From NCBI GenBank assembly GCA_951406725.2, contig OX597839.1, forward strand, positions 36,952,001 to 37,016,000: a DNA stretch of 64,000 nucleotides. Reading direction: 5' to 3'. The translations under genes were made by a program, and so were the position numbers. The notes under the pieces were generated by a model. The model did no database searches, was not told the origin of the DNA, and was given only the letters and a program-made list of their open reading frames with translations. Origin of the DNA: Octopus vulgaris (taxonomy: Eukaryota). Shown here piece by piece: positions 36,374 to 50,509 of this stretch. The stretch's first letter is position 1. Each line of letters begins with the position of its first letter.

Positions 36374-36796
36374 GTGACCAGACATAGACTTAACTGTATA
36401 AAACAATATATATGCATATATATATATATATATATATATAAATTTCCAGAATTCGTGAGAATCAAGTATTTAAATAGTAAAAGCACCAAGGTCAGATTGA
36501 TAAAAACATGTCTGAAACAGCTGTAGTGACCTACAATTCATCTGTTGTTATTATATATATATATATATAATAATTCATATTCATGTTTTTTAATAACTAC
36601 TTATATTATATATATATATAATAATTTATATTCATGTCTTTTAATAATTACCTGTATTCTTATCTTATATGCATTGAATAATATACTATATGAATGTATG
36701 TTATTATGGGTGTTATTTTGATAAATAACTAAGTCAACATTTTAATATCCCAAAGTTAATGAACCAACTAATGTGCTTCTCCATTTTCTCATTTTG

Positions 36797-36856
<60 letters not shown>

Positions 36857-38946
36857 GCAGCGAGCTGGCAGATAATTTTGTAAGAGAAGGGGAAATTACA
36901 GCATAACCAAATCATTTTCTTGCAGCGTTTTCTTCCTTTTGTTTTTTAATATAAATTTGCTCTTGTGTAATCTCTTAAGATTATATATATATATATATAT
37001 ATATATCCATACACACACTCACACATATGAGTGTGTGTGTGTAATGTATTCATCCTATATCATTCAAATAACAAGGTAAGTTGTAGCTCTCACCTAAAAA
37101 CTATCTTCAGCAAAAAGATAATCTGGATCAGCACAGTCCCTCAAAAATGAAATAAACTGAGAATCCCTAATAACTCCGGATGTATTTTGTCTTAGCATGT
37201 GGTTGCTGGTAGGTATTTGCAATTGACTGAGCCCAAACAGACAGAAAGGAGCATCTAGCAATGCCAGCAGCAGTGATGCTGGATGATTTTTGCCAGCTCA
37301 TTTTGCGTCTTTTAACACACATTATCTATAAGAGATATGATCTCTGGATGACTACCACAGTAAATTTGGCTTTCTGTGATGTATCTGCATTAAGTATGAT
37401 ACACAGATTGCCATTTTCAACTAATACTGCTTCTGCTGCATTACCATTCAAGCGTGGTTGATGCCAGTGCCGCTGGCATGTATAAAGCACCATTCATTGC
37501 CGCGTGACAGGCTCCCATGCTGGTGGCACATAAAAAGCACCCACTACACTCTTGGAGTGGTCAGTGTTAAGAGGGGCATCCAGCAGTAGAAACTTTGCCA
37601 TATCGGATTGGTGCCTGGTACAGCCTTCTGGTTTGCCAGCCCTCAGTCAAACCATCCAATCCATGCCAGCATGGAAAGCGGATGTTAAACAACGCTGCTG
37701 CTGCTGCTGATGTTATGAGACAGTCGGAGATTACCAAGTGTGCCAGTTTAGAGGATAAAGTTTCCCTGCACTGCAAAGAAAGAGGACAAGACATATATGT
37801 GAAGAGAGAGCTGAGTTGGCTGTAAGTGGGAATTGAAATCAGTACCCTTGATACAGCTTGCTTCAGAAAATATTTTCTCATATGTTTGACTCAAGTGAAG
37901 CAGTGTATAATTTAAAGGAAATGATTTCACAAGATATTGCAACATATGTCTTTCTCAATAACATTTGTGACATAACAGAAGATGGACTAGCATAATCTTG
38001 GAATCAAAATTACTTCATATACACAAATACACACACACACACACACACACACAAACGTTTATTTTCTGCTCAACACTACTTGGTATAATTCTCCTTGAAA
38101 TATTCTTCAATTGATGCTGTTCTCATTGAAAACTCGGCTTCAATCCGATCGTATTCTAGTGGTGTGGTACTTTGAGATTCAGCATCAATCTATTAATACC
38201 TCTCATTGTCTTTAAGCAGACAATATTCCAGAGGAGAATTAAAAAAAAAAGAAAAAACAAATTTGGAGGACAAACAATAATTCCTAAATATATATACTCT
38301 CTCAACTTTGCCAGTTGAGCTTTTTGCCATATTCTCAAAACTTAATCATCACTATCCGAAAGCCTAAATCCTAATCTTCTTCCCATGTCCACCTCTACAT
38401 ATGCTCTCAACTCTACTTATATCAACCACAACTTCACAAATGTATTCCTCCTCCCCCTCCTCCTTCTTCTTCTTTTTCTTTTTCTTCTTACATAGATACT
38501 TACATAGAATTCTACATGGAGATGTAGTCCGATAAAAATATTATTTTTAAAGCTACACAATACCTACATAATCCTTTCTTGAAATTGCAATTTCTTTTTT
38601 TGTGTTTTGTTTAGTTTGTTTTTTTCTTGTTTATGATGTTGTTGTTGTTGTTGTTGTTGTTGATGTTCTACTTCTTGTTCTTTGATTTAATTCTTTGAGA
38701 TGATAGCATTATATTAGATTGTCTTTGAGCTGGGATACATTTACACACATACACAGAAGCACATGCACACACTAAAGTACACACATTCAAATCCACACAT
38801 GAATGTATGTATGTATATATATGTATATATGTATGATATATCCATATACACACACACATATATATATATGCATATACATAAAATATATGTATATACATAC
38901 CTATATAATGAGATTATATATATATATATATACTTATATGTGTGAC

Positions 38947-38994
<48 letters not shown>

Positions 38995-39127
38995 TTAATC
39001 TTTGTAAGATACCCTTATTTCCTTAGAGTTCAGAATCATCTCTACTTCGTGACCAGCAAGAAATAATGAACAATATCAGTTTTTCATATCATTTAATATA
39101 GATTTTTCTCTATATCATTACTGTACC

Positions 39128-39166
<39 letters not shown>

Positions 39167-39480
39167 GTAATAATGTTATGATAATGATTTCTTTTAAATT
39201 ATATTTGATTTTTTACAACAGTAATAACAATAATAATAATAATAATAATAATATTTTTTCTTAATTTTTTTTTTTATGAGGACTTCTTTTATTTGCCACT
39301 AGGGCAACAGATGAGAGGACAATACTATGATGGATATAAAGCATGCAGAATTACCTAGAGTGGATTGATAAGAAAAAAAAAATTGATAATCTTAATAATA
39401 AAAAGAATGAATGCGTTTGCAATTATTGCTATCATTATTATCATTATTAATGTCCTCAAGTTGTCCTTGCAGCAATAACA

Positions 39481-39520
<40 letters not shown>

Positions 39521-39522
<2 letters not shown>

Positions 39523-39890
39523 GGTTGTTAGCATGATGGGAGAAATGCTTAGCGGAATTTTGTCTGCTGCTACGTTCTGAGTTCAAATTTCGCCGAGGTT
39601 GACTTTGCCTTTCATCCTTTCGGGGTCAATAAATTAATTACCAGTTAAGTACTGGGGTCAATGTAATCGACTATCTCCCTCTCCCAGATTTTGGACTTTG
39701 TGCCTACCGTAGAAAGGATTATTATTATTATTATTATTGCTGAAATTCTGCTGGTCGACTTTGCCTTTCATCTTTTCGGGTTGATAAAATAAATACCAGT
39801 TGAATACTGGGGGTTGATGCAATCGACTGTCCCCCACTGCCCAAAATTTCAGGCCTTGTGCTTATAATAGAAAGGATTATTATTATTATT
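39521..39890 (+). mobile_element. two tandem family A2 SINEs in (ATT)n
   Basis: Core gtcgactttgcctttcatc twice, each ending agaaaggattattatt. Confidence 0.8.
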
Positions 39891-42086
39891 GTTTTGTAGT
39901 TATTAATGTTTGTGATCTCATTGTTGAGTGTCTAAAATATTTTTGTATTAAATGTTGATGTTTTTAAATATATTTATTGTTATTTTAGTTGTTTGCTTTG
40001 AGAAGACAAAAAAAAGTAAAACAATTGTTGAGCCACCAACTCACTATTTCATTTTATATGTAACTGACACCCCCCCTTTCTACTACTACTATTCCCTCTT
40101 CCTCTTCTCCTCTTTCCACCTCCTTTCCCCCTACTCCTCCACCTCCTTCTTTCTCTTCCTACTCTTCCATTTTTCCATGCTTTAACTCCTCTTTTCTTCT
40201 TGTCCTCCTCCTTCACTTTTTCTCCATTCCCCCTCCTCTCTCTCTCACACCTAGTTCTTTTCCCCCTTACTCTACCTCATTCTCTTACTCTCACTAACTC
40301 CTTCTCCTTGACTCCCCCCCCCAATCAACTTAACTTCTTTCTTTCACTCCCACTCATTCATCTCCTCATCGACTTTCTCCGATTCACTTTTTCACTTCTT
40401 CTGCTTCTTCCTATTCCTCTACAGCCTCCCCCTCCTCCTCCCCCTCCTTCCCTTTCTTGTCCTATTTATTCTTCTTCTGTTTTCCATTCCTCTATTTTCA
40501 CCATTATTACCTTTTATCCTCTTCATCTTCTACCTCAGTGGTGAGATGGCTCTGATGAGGTGACCACCGATCACCTGTCTAGCTTCTCTTCATTAAATAT
40601 TGCCTCTGAGATTTAAAGAATGGCAGTATGCCTGCATGATAAATTAGTGACTGTCCATGTTTCCCAGAGGACATTATCAGGTATTATAAGACAATATCAG
40701 GTATTAATTTTAGTGAAATGTCTTCAATCAGGAATCAAAGACAGCTCGCAGACTGAACTCACCCATTTGTTAGTCCATGACCCATTTAGTTTCAGATAAA
40801 AATGTTTCACATAAGAAATGTAATTCTTGTATATACATACATCATGTGATTACATCATCATCATCGTTTAACGTCCAACCCATGCTAGCATGGAAAATGG
40901 GGTCTGGGAAGCCAGAAGGCTGCGCCAGGCCCAGTCTGATCTGGCAGTGTTTCTACGGCTGGATGCCCTTCCTAACGCCAACCACTCCGTGAGTGTAGTG
41001 GGTGCTTTTTACGTGCCACCTGCACAGGTGCCATACTTGCTTCAGTCATGACTGAGCTGAAGCACCGCTTTTAGGTGAACAAATCAATCCCAGGACTTAT
41101 TTCTTTGTAAGCCTAGTACATATTCTATTGGATACCAACATTGGTTGTCACCAACATTGGTTGTCAAGAAGAGAGAGAAAGTTATCTTCTGTGTTATTTG
41201 AACTCATAAATAGATATAACTAAATGCTACAAAGTATTTTCAATAATGATGTTCTTCTTACCAGTACAAGGATGTAGGGGGCGCACAAACTAGGAAAGAA
41301 GGAAGGATTCAAACCTGATTTCTGAATGTAATTCATGCTTGGTAAGAATCTGTCTTTATTAGACATTCATACAACACGAAGATATACGCAGATACAAGTT
41401 CACATACAAGTATATATTTATATATATTGCAATTATATATGCACATGCATGCATGCATACATACATACATACATATATACACACATGCATACATACATAC
41501 ATATTTTAGTGTGCAAGAATTGCAAGATTTGCAACATGGTGAACTAATACAAAATTCATAAGCTGCAATATTATGAAACCACAATGGAAACCCAGCAATC
41601 ATTTATGTATGTTGTTGTGGCTCCCTTCATTGTAATAGAGACAGTCAATGCAATGTTGAAGGAATGGTCCGAGGAGATCTGGTTTTAGAGCATGTGGAGA
41701 CTGGGGTGGGTGGAAGATAACTTAGAGGAAAAAAAGAATAGATTCCAAACAAGCTGAGATTTATGAAATGAAGAATTTAGAATAGTTTTATGGAGTGGAA
41801 GACGGGGAGTAAGTGAGAGTTAAAATGTGAATTGTTCAACTAGAGAAGGACAAAAGAAGGACATGTTAAAATTAATACAGGAAAATCAACAGACAATGTA
41901 CACTTTACACATAACACACAGACACACACGTGTGTGTGTGTGTGTGTGTGTGTATATTTGTACATACACACCACATGCACAAACACACGTTTGTATGTCT
42001 GTATATATTATGCATACATATTGCATATATATATATATATGTATGTGTATCCATACATACGCTCATATATAAATATATATATATAT

Positions 42087-42132
<46 letters not shown>

Positions 42133-43347
42133 ATAACATATATATATAACATATAACATATATATATCCATACATCCATATGCACACACACACACGCACA
42201 TATATAAGTGTACATGTGTGCACACACACACACACGTTTCATTTATTTGTATTCTGTCTTTCTTCTATCCTTCCTCTCTTTGTCCATTTCTTTCCATCAC
42301 TCTCCATCTTTCTACACTCACCTCTTCCTTTGCCCCCCCCCCACCTCCTTCCCTCTTTCTCTTTTTTCAATAAATTCAATAATTTATCCAAATAAACAAA
42401 GAAACAAAGGGAAAAATACAAAATATAAAAACAAAACCAAAATGGCTGCTAAAATTGAAAATTTAAGACGTTTACATTTTTATATATTTGGGAGATTTAA
42501 AGATTTCACTGAAATATAATATTCAATACTAATGGAAGAATTCTTGTTAATTTCTTTCCAATATCGATGCTTGCTGTTCTTCTTTCCTTCTTCGTGTTTT
42601 AATATTTGCACAGATAAATGGACAGATACATACACACATACATACACACATACATACATACATAGTAATAGACAGACAGAGGGACAGAGAGAGATAGAGA
42701 GATATATGACACACACACATACAAGCATACACACACATACATACATACACACACACACACACATACATACATACATACACACACATACATACATATATAC
42801 ATACACACACACACACATACATACACACACATACATACATACATACACACACACATACATACATACACACACACATACATACATACATACATACATAGTA
42901 ATAGACAGACAGAGAGAGATAGAGAGATATATGACACACACACATACAAGCATACACACACACATACACACATACACAAGCACACACTCACACACAAATG
43001 TCCTTAGCTAATAAAGCCATACTTAATATTGTATTCCCAGTCCTGTGTCCACCTCTGTACAAATTAGAGACTGAGATCTTCTATCATGAAGGACAGTCCT
43101 CATACTGGCTGCTGGCAATTCTATAGAAGTACCTGTCCTCACATATGTTATTGGTTGGTTGGTTTGTTGGTTGGTAGGTGCTGATGCCAACAACAGCTGT
43201 GGATGTAGTGGTGGTGGTGGTGATGTTGCTGTGTTGTAGCTTGGTGCCATATCAGCTGTGGTTCAGCACTAGAACATAGACTGAAAGAGTTTCCAACCAG
43301 ATCTTTGTTCATCCTGTTTTCAATTTTGAGACCTATTTTATCTAGGA

Positions 43348-43674
43348 CTAGCAGCATAGCCCAGCGTTTCCCAGGTATGTAAGAACCCCTAATAGGCAAC
43401 GACTTGCGGCTGCAGCTGCGATTAGCAGAAGTATGCCAAAGTTATGTTGTCTGGTCATGTTTTGTCTCGTTGACTGCTTGAAGTGGCGGAATTTATCAAT
43501 TTTTTTCAGAACTGGGGGAACTTTTCAAAATTTTTCCTGCGTTAGTTTTGAATTATGACATTGGGCTATGTGTGTGTCAAGTTTCATCAGAATCAGTTGA
43601 AAGCCGTGGTCAGGGTGAGGGTACAACCTGACAGACACACAGACAGACAACCTGCCTTTTATATATAGAGAAGA
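43348..43674 (-). mobile_element. non-autonomous Helitron
   Basis: Minus strand A|TCTTCTCTATATATAAAAGGC, (GTCT)n, decayed GC hairpin, CTAG|T; inserted between A and T without TSD. Confidence 0.8.
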
Positions 43675-43784
43675 TTACATAATGTGAGATGTTACTCTCA
43701 GAACTCAAGGAACCAATAGAAATATAGCAAGAGAAGATTTTAAAAGATAGAGTAGGAGAGAGACAAAATAGAGAAGAAAATAAT

Positions 43785-44235
43785 TGCTTGCTCGCTTCAG
43801 GTTCTTATTTGGTGGGGCTTGGGTCATGCCAGGCTAGCGGTCCCAGAGATGTCATCATGTGCAGAGCCAACAACATCTCCCTGTGCTCTCCATTGCTGGT
43901 AATCCTGTGCCACTCCCTCTGCATCCTCCAAGGTGATGTTGAGCCTCTGCAGATCTTCCCCAATCACATCCAGCCATCTGATGTGGGGGCCTTCCATATG
44001 GCCACTTCCAGCCTGCAGCTGCTGCATCAGATGGGAGCAAAGCTTGAGCAGGATGATTTAGTGGGAGATGGTGGGACATTCAGATCAGCACATGTGGTGG
44101 ATGGCTAAGAGGTTGGAGGCTGCAGACTGATGCATGCACAGACACAGTTCTTTGAAATCTGATGGTACCATTTGATGTTCTCGATGGTCCTCAGGATTCT
44201 GCTATAGAAGCTATCCTCTTTGCCAGGGTCTTCAA
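43785..44235 (-). mobile_element. 3' remnant of an RTE-clade LINE
   Basis: RILRTIENIKW and IRWLDVIGEDLQRLNITLEDAEGVAQDYQQWR, typical of RTE ORF C-termini; frameshifted. Confidence 0.75.
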
Positions 44236-44494
44236 ATATAATCAATGCATAATGTGGAGAAAAAGAGAGAATTTTTTTAAAAAACATTAAAGTCTTTAAG
44301 CAGAGTACAACAGAACGACCTCATGACTATTGGTGTGATGCTAGTGATGTTAGTTTGGTGGTAATGGTGTCTTCATATGGCTAATGTTTTACTGTTATTT
44401 TTCAGTTAGCAACATAGTTTGGACTGGTACATAAAGTATGTTTATCAAGAAAGGTATATGTGAGGCTTTCTCTGCACCCCGTATAATCAGCCTC

Positions 44495-44745
44495 ATCATC
44501 ATCATCATCATCATCGTTTAACGTCCGTTCTCCATGCTAGCATGGGTTGGACGGTTCGACCGGGGATCTGGGAAGCCAGAAGGCTGCACCAGGCTCCAGT
44601 CTTATCTGGCAATGTTTCTACAGCTGGATGCCCTTCCTAATGCCAACCACTCCGTGAGTGTAGTGGGTGCTTTTTACGTGCCAACTGCACAGGTGCCAGG
44701 CGAGGCTGGCAACGGCTACGGTCGGATTGGTGCATTTTACGTGCC
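44495..44745 (-). mobile_element. family C SINE-like copy
   Basis: (CAT)n cgtttaacgtcc...ggatgcccttcctaa. Confidence 0.8.
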
Positions 44746-45238
44746 AAGAAAATGAAATTAATTAAAATTTTGGTAAAGCATATATTAAGACAGGTTTTAA
44801 AAAAACAAATTATGTGAATATAGAGAAATTGATTTCGAATTTTGGCACAAAGCCAGCAATTTTGGGAAAGAGGTTAAGTCAATTACATCAACCCCAGTGC
44901 TCAACTGGTACTTATTTTATCAACCTTGAAAGGATGAAAGGCAAAGTTGACCTTGGTGGAACTTAAACTCAGAATGTAAAGATGGATGAAATGCTGCTAA
45001 GCACTTTATCCACCATGCTAATGATTCTGGCAGTTCCCTGCATTGACTCTAGAAAATACTGAAAATATTAAAACACCACCTACTTAAATGCTTGTAAAAG
45101 GGTTACCATATTTCCATTGAAATACACTGCTTTTGTTTCAATTGATTTGGAAAATAATGAAGAATGTAGGAAAATATCTTAGTCATTAAGTTGGTGTTTG
45201 GAACATAAATTAATATGACATTTTGATGGAAGGTTTAA

Positions 45239-46473
45239 TTTAAATCACTTTAAACATGAAGTTAGTCTTATAGAATTAAAGACTGTCTCGGGTGGGTTGG
45301 TATCAAAAGGGTATTATATTAATCTGAAAAAATCAACAGTTTTAAATAACAAATTTTTATTTTAAATATTTGGAAAGAATCTAAATGGTGAATGATTTAT
45401 AATGGTCTGTAAAGTAGAAAAACAAAATAGAATTGATAAAATAATGTTGATGTATTCAAACTATTTTTTTTGATTTGAGGTTTCTTAATAAATGTTTAAT
45501 TAAAAGATGTATTTCATTGAAATTAATATATAGTTGCTGGGTAGTTTTAACAAAATAACAATAAAGTAATGTTAAGGAAGCTGTAAAACTTGATGATATA
45601 TAATAGAAATGATAAAATGAAGTAAATCAATTTAATTCTCAAAGAGTAGTGTTTTTCGTAGACTATAAAACATACTAGTGTGAAATAATTAGAGTAAGTT
45701 TAAATGTGAGGGCAGAGGTGGGCACAAGATAAAATACAATAAACAGAGATAAATGAGATAAATATGATTATCATTCTCTTCATTGTCATTTGACATTCAC
45801 CTTCTATGCTGGCATGGGTCAGATAGTTTGCCAAAATCCAATGACACCAATGACTGCGCAGTGCTTCAATAATTGCCTTGACAGGGTTTCTATGGCTGAA
45901 TGCCATTCTTAAAGCCAAGCAATTTATAGAGTGCACTGGATACTCGTTTTGCAGCACCAGCACTAGTGGGGTCACCATGTAACTCACAAGACTGAGATTC
46001 CCATTAACTGAATGGGGATATGGTTGAGAGGGAGGTCGTTTAATGCTAGATGATAAAAGGATAGAATAGAAAAGAAGGGGCCACAATAAGTTTCTTGCTG
46101 GACAAGTGATACATGGTTGCTCTTGCTCTAAAAAAATTGGTGAGAACAGTTATTGTTATTTTGTTAAAACTACCCAGCAACTATATATTAATTTCAATGA
46201 AATACATCTTTTAATTAAACATTTATTAAAAAACCTCAAATCAAAAAATAGTTTGAATACATCAACATTATTTTATCAATTCTCTTTTGTTTTTCTACTT
46301 TACAGACCATTATAAATCATTCACCATTTAGATTCTTTCCAAATATTTAAAATAAAAATTTGTTATTTAAAACTGTTGATTTTTTCAGATTAATATAATA
46401 CCCTTTTGATACCAACCCACCCGAGACAGTCTTTAATTCTATAAGACTAACTTCATGTTTAAAGTGATTTAAA
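45239..46473. repeat. ~325-bp near-perfect inverted duplication (45239-45564 / 46150-46473)
   Basis: Arms read as reverse complements with only a few differences. Confidence 0.9.
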
Positions 46474-46927
46474 GTAGAGTTGGAAAGATGGATAAAGATG
46501 CTGCAAGTGGTTGTAAACAGAAGAACAAGAAGCAAGGATGTTTCAGACTCAGACTTAGTGCATAGCACCTTGGGCAAGTGTCTTCTATTATACTTCCAAG
46601 TTGACAAAACTTCGTGATTGGATTAGGTAGATGGAAACAGAAAGAAGCCCATTATCTCTGTACATATGTGTGTGTATGTGTTTGTGTCTTTTTTTTTTTA
46701 CATCATGTAATAGATGCAAAATGAGTATCAATTTAATACAAACAGTGACTCTTGTTTCCAAACTTCTGTGGGAATGTTCCCAGCCACGTGGAAATATTAC
46801 TTAACTAGAAAACAAGTGAGGGTTGGTGACAAGAGGGGCATCCTGCAATAGAAAATCTGCTTCAACAGATCATGCTGACTGGACCTATGTAAGCAAGGAA
46901 TAGTGGCCTTTAAAATGATGATGATGG

Positions 46928-46972
<45 letters not shown>

Positions 46973-47139
46973 CGACGACGACGACGACGACGACAACAAT
47001 GACAATACATGCATATATATAAAAATAGCTGATTATCAGTAACTTTGTCAAAGTTCTTCTATTCCAGCCTGTGGCCATATCAGCAATGTGCCTTCATCTG
47101 CTCTTCTCCTATAATTTCCACAAACAATAAATCTGTACA

Positions 47140-47620
47140 GGTGAGGCATGTTAGGATAACTAGGGAAAAGGACATCTTGGGATATATCTTGTCAGGGTAT
47201 AAAATAGCACTCACACGGCAGAGATGCAGATGGTGCCATGATAAGCTGCTCCTAACACTTGCAAACATCTTGGAGGATGGAGCAGAAGAAACAGAAAAAC
47301 ACTAAATAATGGAGAAACCAGCATAATCAATCAAAATTGCAAAGGAAGGAGAAAAGCCATCAACTACAGCAAAAGAAACAATTGACTACAAAAGCTCAAT
47401 GTTTGGATATGGAGTTAGATATAGAAGGAAGTCTGCAGTTCCTTCAGATCCTCCACCTACTCCAAGATTGCTCAGATTTAGATCTTTGACTTGAGGAGAG
47501 AAAGAAGATAATCCAGATCAAACTGACGTCTGCTCAAACCATTGGCAAGATTGCAAGGATGACCATCAGACCATCATAAATATTTCTAGTCACGGTTCAA
47601 TGTAATGCATTCTCTACCAA
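47140..47620 (+). mobile_element. degenerate restriction-like-endonuclease non-LTR retrotransposon (HERO/NeSL-like) C-terminal fragment
   Basis: YILSGYKIALTRQRCRWCHDKLL (cf. HILSxCxxALxxGRYxWRHD) and KKIIQIKLT. Confidence 0.65.
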
Positions 47621-48145
47621 GTCAGTATGGAGAAGGCTTACATCTACTGGAATGAAAGGAAAAGAGAGAATGACATCTGTTCACAGGATAGGAAAGTGTT
47701 TTGTCTAGGAAGTAAGAGAGAGGAGATAGACTTGAAGTCAAGAAGAGAAGGGTCAGGACCAAAACATCCAATAGAAATTGGACAACATCTGATGGCACTG
47801 AGTACTCTTTGTCAAAGATATATTCGCTGACACTGAATGAATGGGAAGCATTTTTAGAGGTAATTATTCTTATGAAAGGCTGGCCAGATTTCAAATGCTA
47901 TCCACAGAAAACAATGGCCAAGTATCATGTTAAGACAAAATAAAAGGATACTGGTTCTACATCACCCTGACGGAAAATGTAACAAGGACATACAACCAGA
48001 AATTCCTCATTTGCACCTGGGAAAAACACATGAAGGCTTCTGTTGTGAAAACACTAACTGTAGCTAAGCAAAGAACCATTACACAAGGCAAATCTATATT
48101 GGAGCTATCTAGATATATATATTTATATATATATATATATATGTA

Positions 48146-48342
48146 TAGGGTGGCCCAAAAGTAGATTAGCAGTTTTTCAACTATCTCTTTTGCATTCTTA
48201 TATTAACAGTTTAGATCATAATTATAAAAAAATATGAAACCATTATTCTATGCTAATTTAGTTAATTTTGTCAAGCTCCCTTGGTAAGACAGAAATTTAT
48301 GTAATAACTTAATAACTGTAAACCTACTTTTGAGCCACCCTG
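48146..48342. mobile_element. Tc1/mariner-type MITE in (TA)n
   Basis: agggtggcccaaaagtag / ctacttttgagccaccctg TIRs with TA flanks. Confidence 0.8.
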
Positions 48343-48571
48343 TATATATATATATATATATATATAAATTAAAATTTCAAATGAGGGTGAAAAATTGAAT
48401 ATTAATTTGATTAATATCAATTTAAAATTTAAAGCCAGTAGTCTAGCATATTAAAATCTGAAGGTTCAGAAAATTATATTACATACATATAAAAGGGATG
48501 ACATACTTCTAGCATAAAGGTTGTCCACGTTGTGATTATCCCTCTTATATGTATGTAATATATATATATAT

Positions 48572-48866
48572 CATCATCATCATCATCGTTTAACGTCCGT
48601 TTTCCGCGCTAGCACGGGTTGGACGGTTCGACCGTGGTCTGGGAAGCCAGGAGGCTGCACCAGGCTCCAGTCTGATCTGGCAGAGTTTCTACAGCTGGAT
48701 GCCCTTCCTAATGCCAACCACTACGTGAGTGTAGTGGGTGCATTTTACGTGCCACCGGCACAGGTGCCAGGGGAGTCTGGCAGCGGCCACAATCAGTTGG
48801 TGCTTTTAACGTGCCGCCGGCACGGAAGCCAGTCAAGACGGCGCTGGCATCGGCCACGTTCGGATA
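48572..48866 (-). mobile_element. family C SINE-like copy
   Basis: Matches 29262-29503. Confidence 0.8.
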
Positions 48867-49451
48867 TATATATATAGATATCCCTCTCTCTCTTTCGGAG
48901 AGGCACTGAGCAGCTATACGCACATATACACACACGGCAGTAACTTCCACCTACCGAATTCAATCACAAAGCTCCGGTCGGCTCAGGGCTATATATATAT
49001 ATATATACAGAGAGAGAGAGAGAGAAAGAGAGAGGGGGGGAGGGAGAGAGAGAACATACACAAGATTGGTTGTGATTCTTATGCTCCTTACTCGACTTAA
49101 ATCTATAACATGAACATCTGATGATTAGGGGGCTAACCAACTTTACAGGAGACTCCAAGTCATAAATATTGTTTGTATTTTGTTAATATGATCACCATTT
49201 TAAACTATACACACACACACACACATACACACACACATGCATGTGAACATATGTATAGCTGTGTATGCATTTGTGCTTGTATGTGTGGTATGTAAATATG
49301 TGAGATTAAATTACACACTGAATAAAAGATTAGATTTTTTTTTCTTTTTTTTTTAAATGAAAAAGTATTTTCGTTGCCATTGTTGTTGCTGTAGGTATTA
49401 AAACGTTGTTGTTGTTGTTGCTGTAGGTATTATGAAATCACTGCCATTGTT

Positions 49452-49935
49452 GTTGTGGCAGTGGTGGTGGTGGTGGTGGTGGTTGTGGTGGTTGTGGCGG
49501 TGGTGGTTGTGGTGGTGGTGGTTGTGGTGGTGGTGGTGGTGGTGGTTGTGGTGGTAGTTGTTGTGGTTGTGGTTGTGGTGGTGGTGGTTGTGGTGGTTGT
49601 GGTGGTTGTGGTGGTGGTGGTGGTGGTGGTGGTGGTGGTGGTGGTGGTGGTGGTGGTGGTGGTGGTGGTGGTGGTGGTGGTGGTGGTGGTTGTGGTGGTG
49701 GTTGTGGTGGTGGTGGTGGTGGTGGTGGTGGTGGTGGTGGTGGTGGTGGTGGTGGTTGTGGTGGTGGTTGTGGTGGTGGTGGTGGTGGTGGTTGTGGTTG
49801 TGGTGGTGGTGGTGGTGGTGGTGGTGGTGGTGGTGGTGGTTGTGGTTGTGGTGGTGGTTGTGTTGGTTGTGGTTGTGGTGGTGGTGGTTGTGGTTTTGGT
49901 GGTGGTTGTGGTGGTGGTGGTAGTTGTGGTGGTTA
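49452..49935. repeat. (GGT/GTT)n microsatellite, ~480 bp
   Basis: Direct; source of the poly-V and poly-W ORFs. Confidence 0.97.
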
Positions 49936-50042
49936 CTTGAAGTAAATTGGTGATTTTTCTATCGTTGACATTGTTGTCATTGCTGCTGCTTCTTCCAGTA
50001 TATTTTTTTTAAATATTTAAATATATACATACCTACATATAC

Positions 50043-50345
<303 letters not shown>

Positions 50346-50451
50346 TATGGTGGTGGTTGTGGTGGTTGTGGTTGTGGCGGTGGTGGTTGTGGTGGTGGTT
50401 GTGGTGGTGGTAGTGGTGGTATATATAATCTTGCACAACAAATATTTAAAC

Positions 50452-50509
<58 letters not shown>

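Noticed and set aside
40554-40582. CTGATGA followed by a ggtga/tcacc stem
   Set aside because: No GAAA core follows, so it is not a hammerhead.
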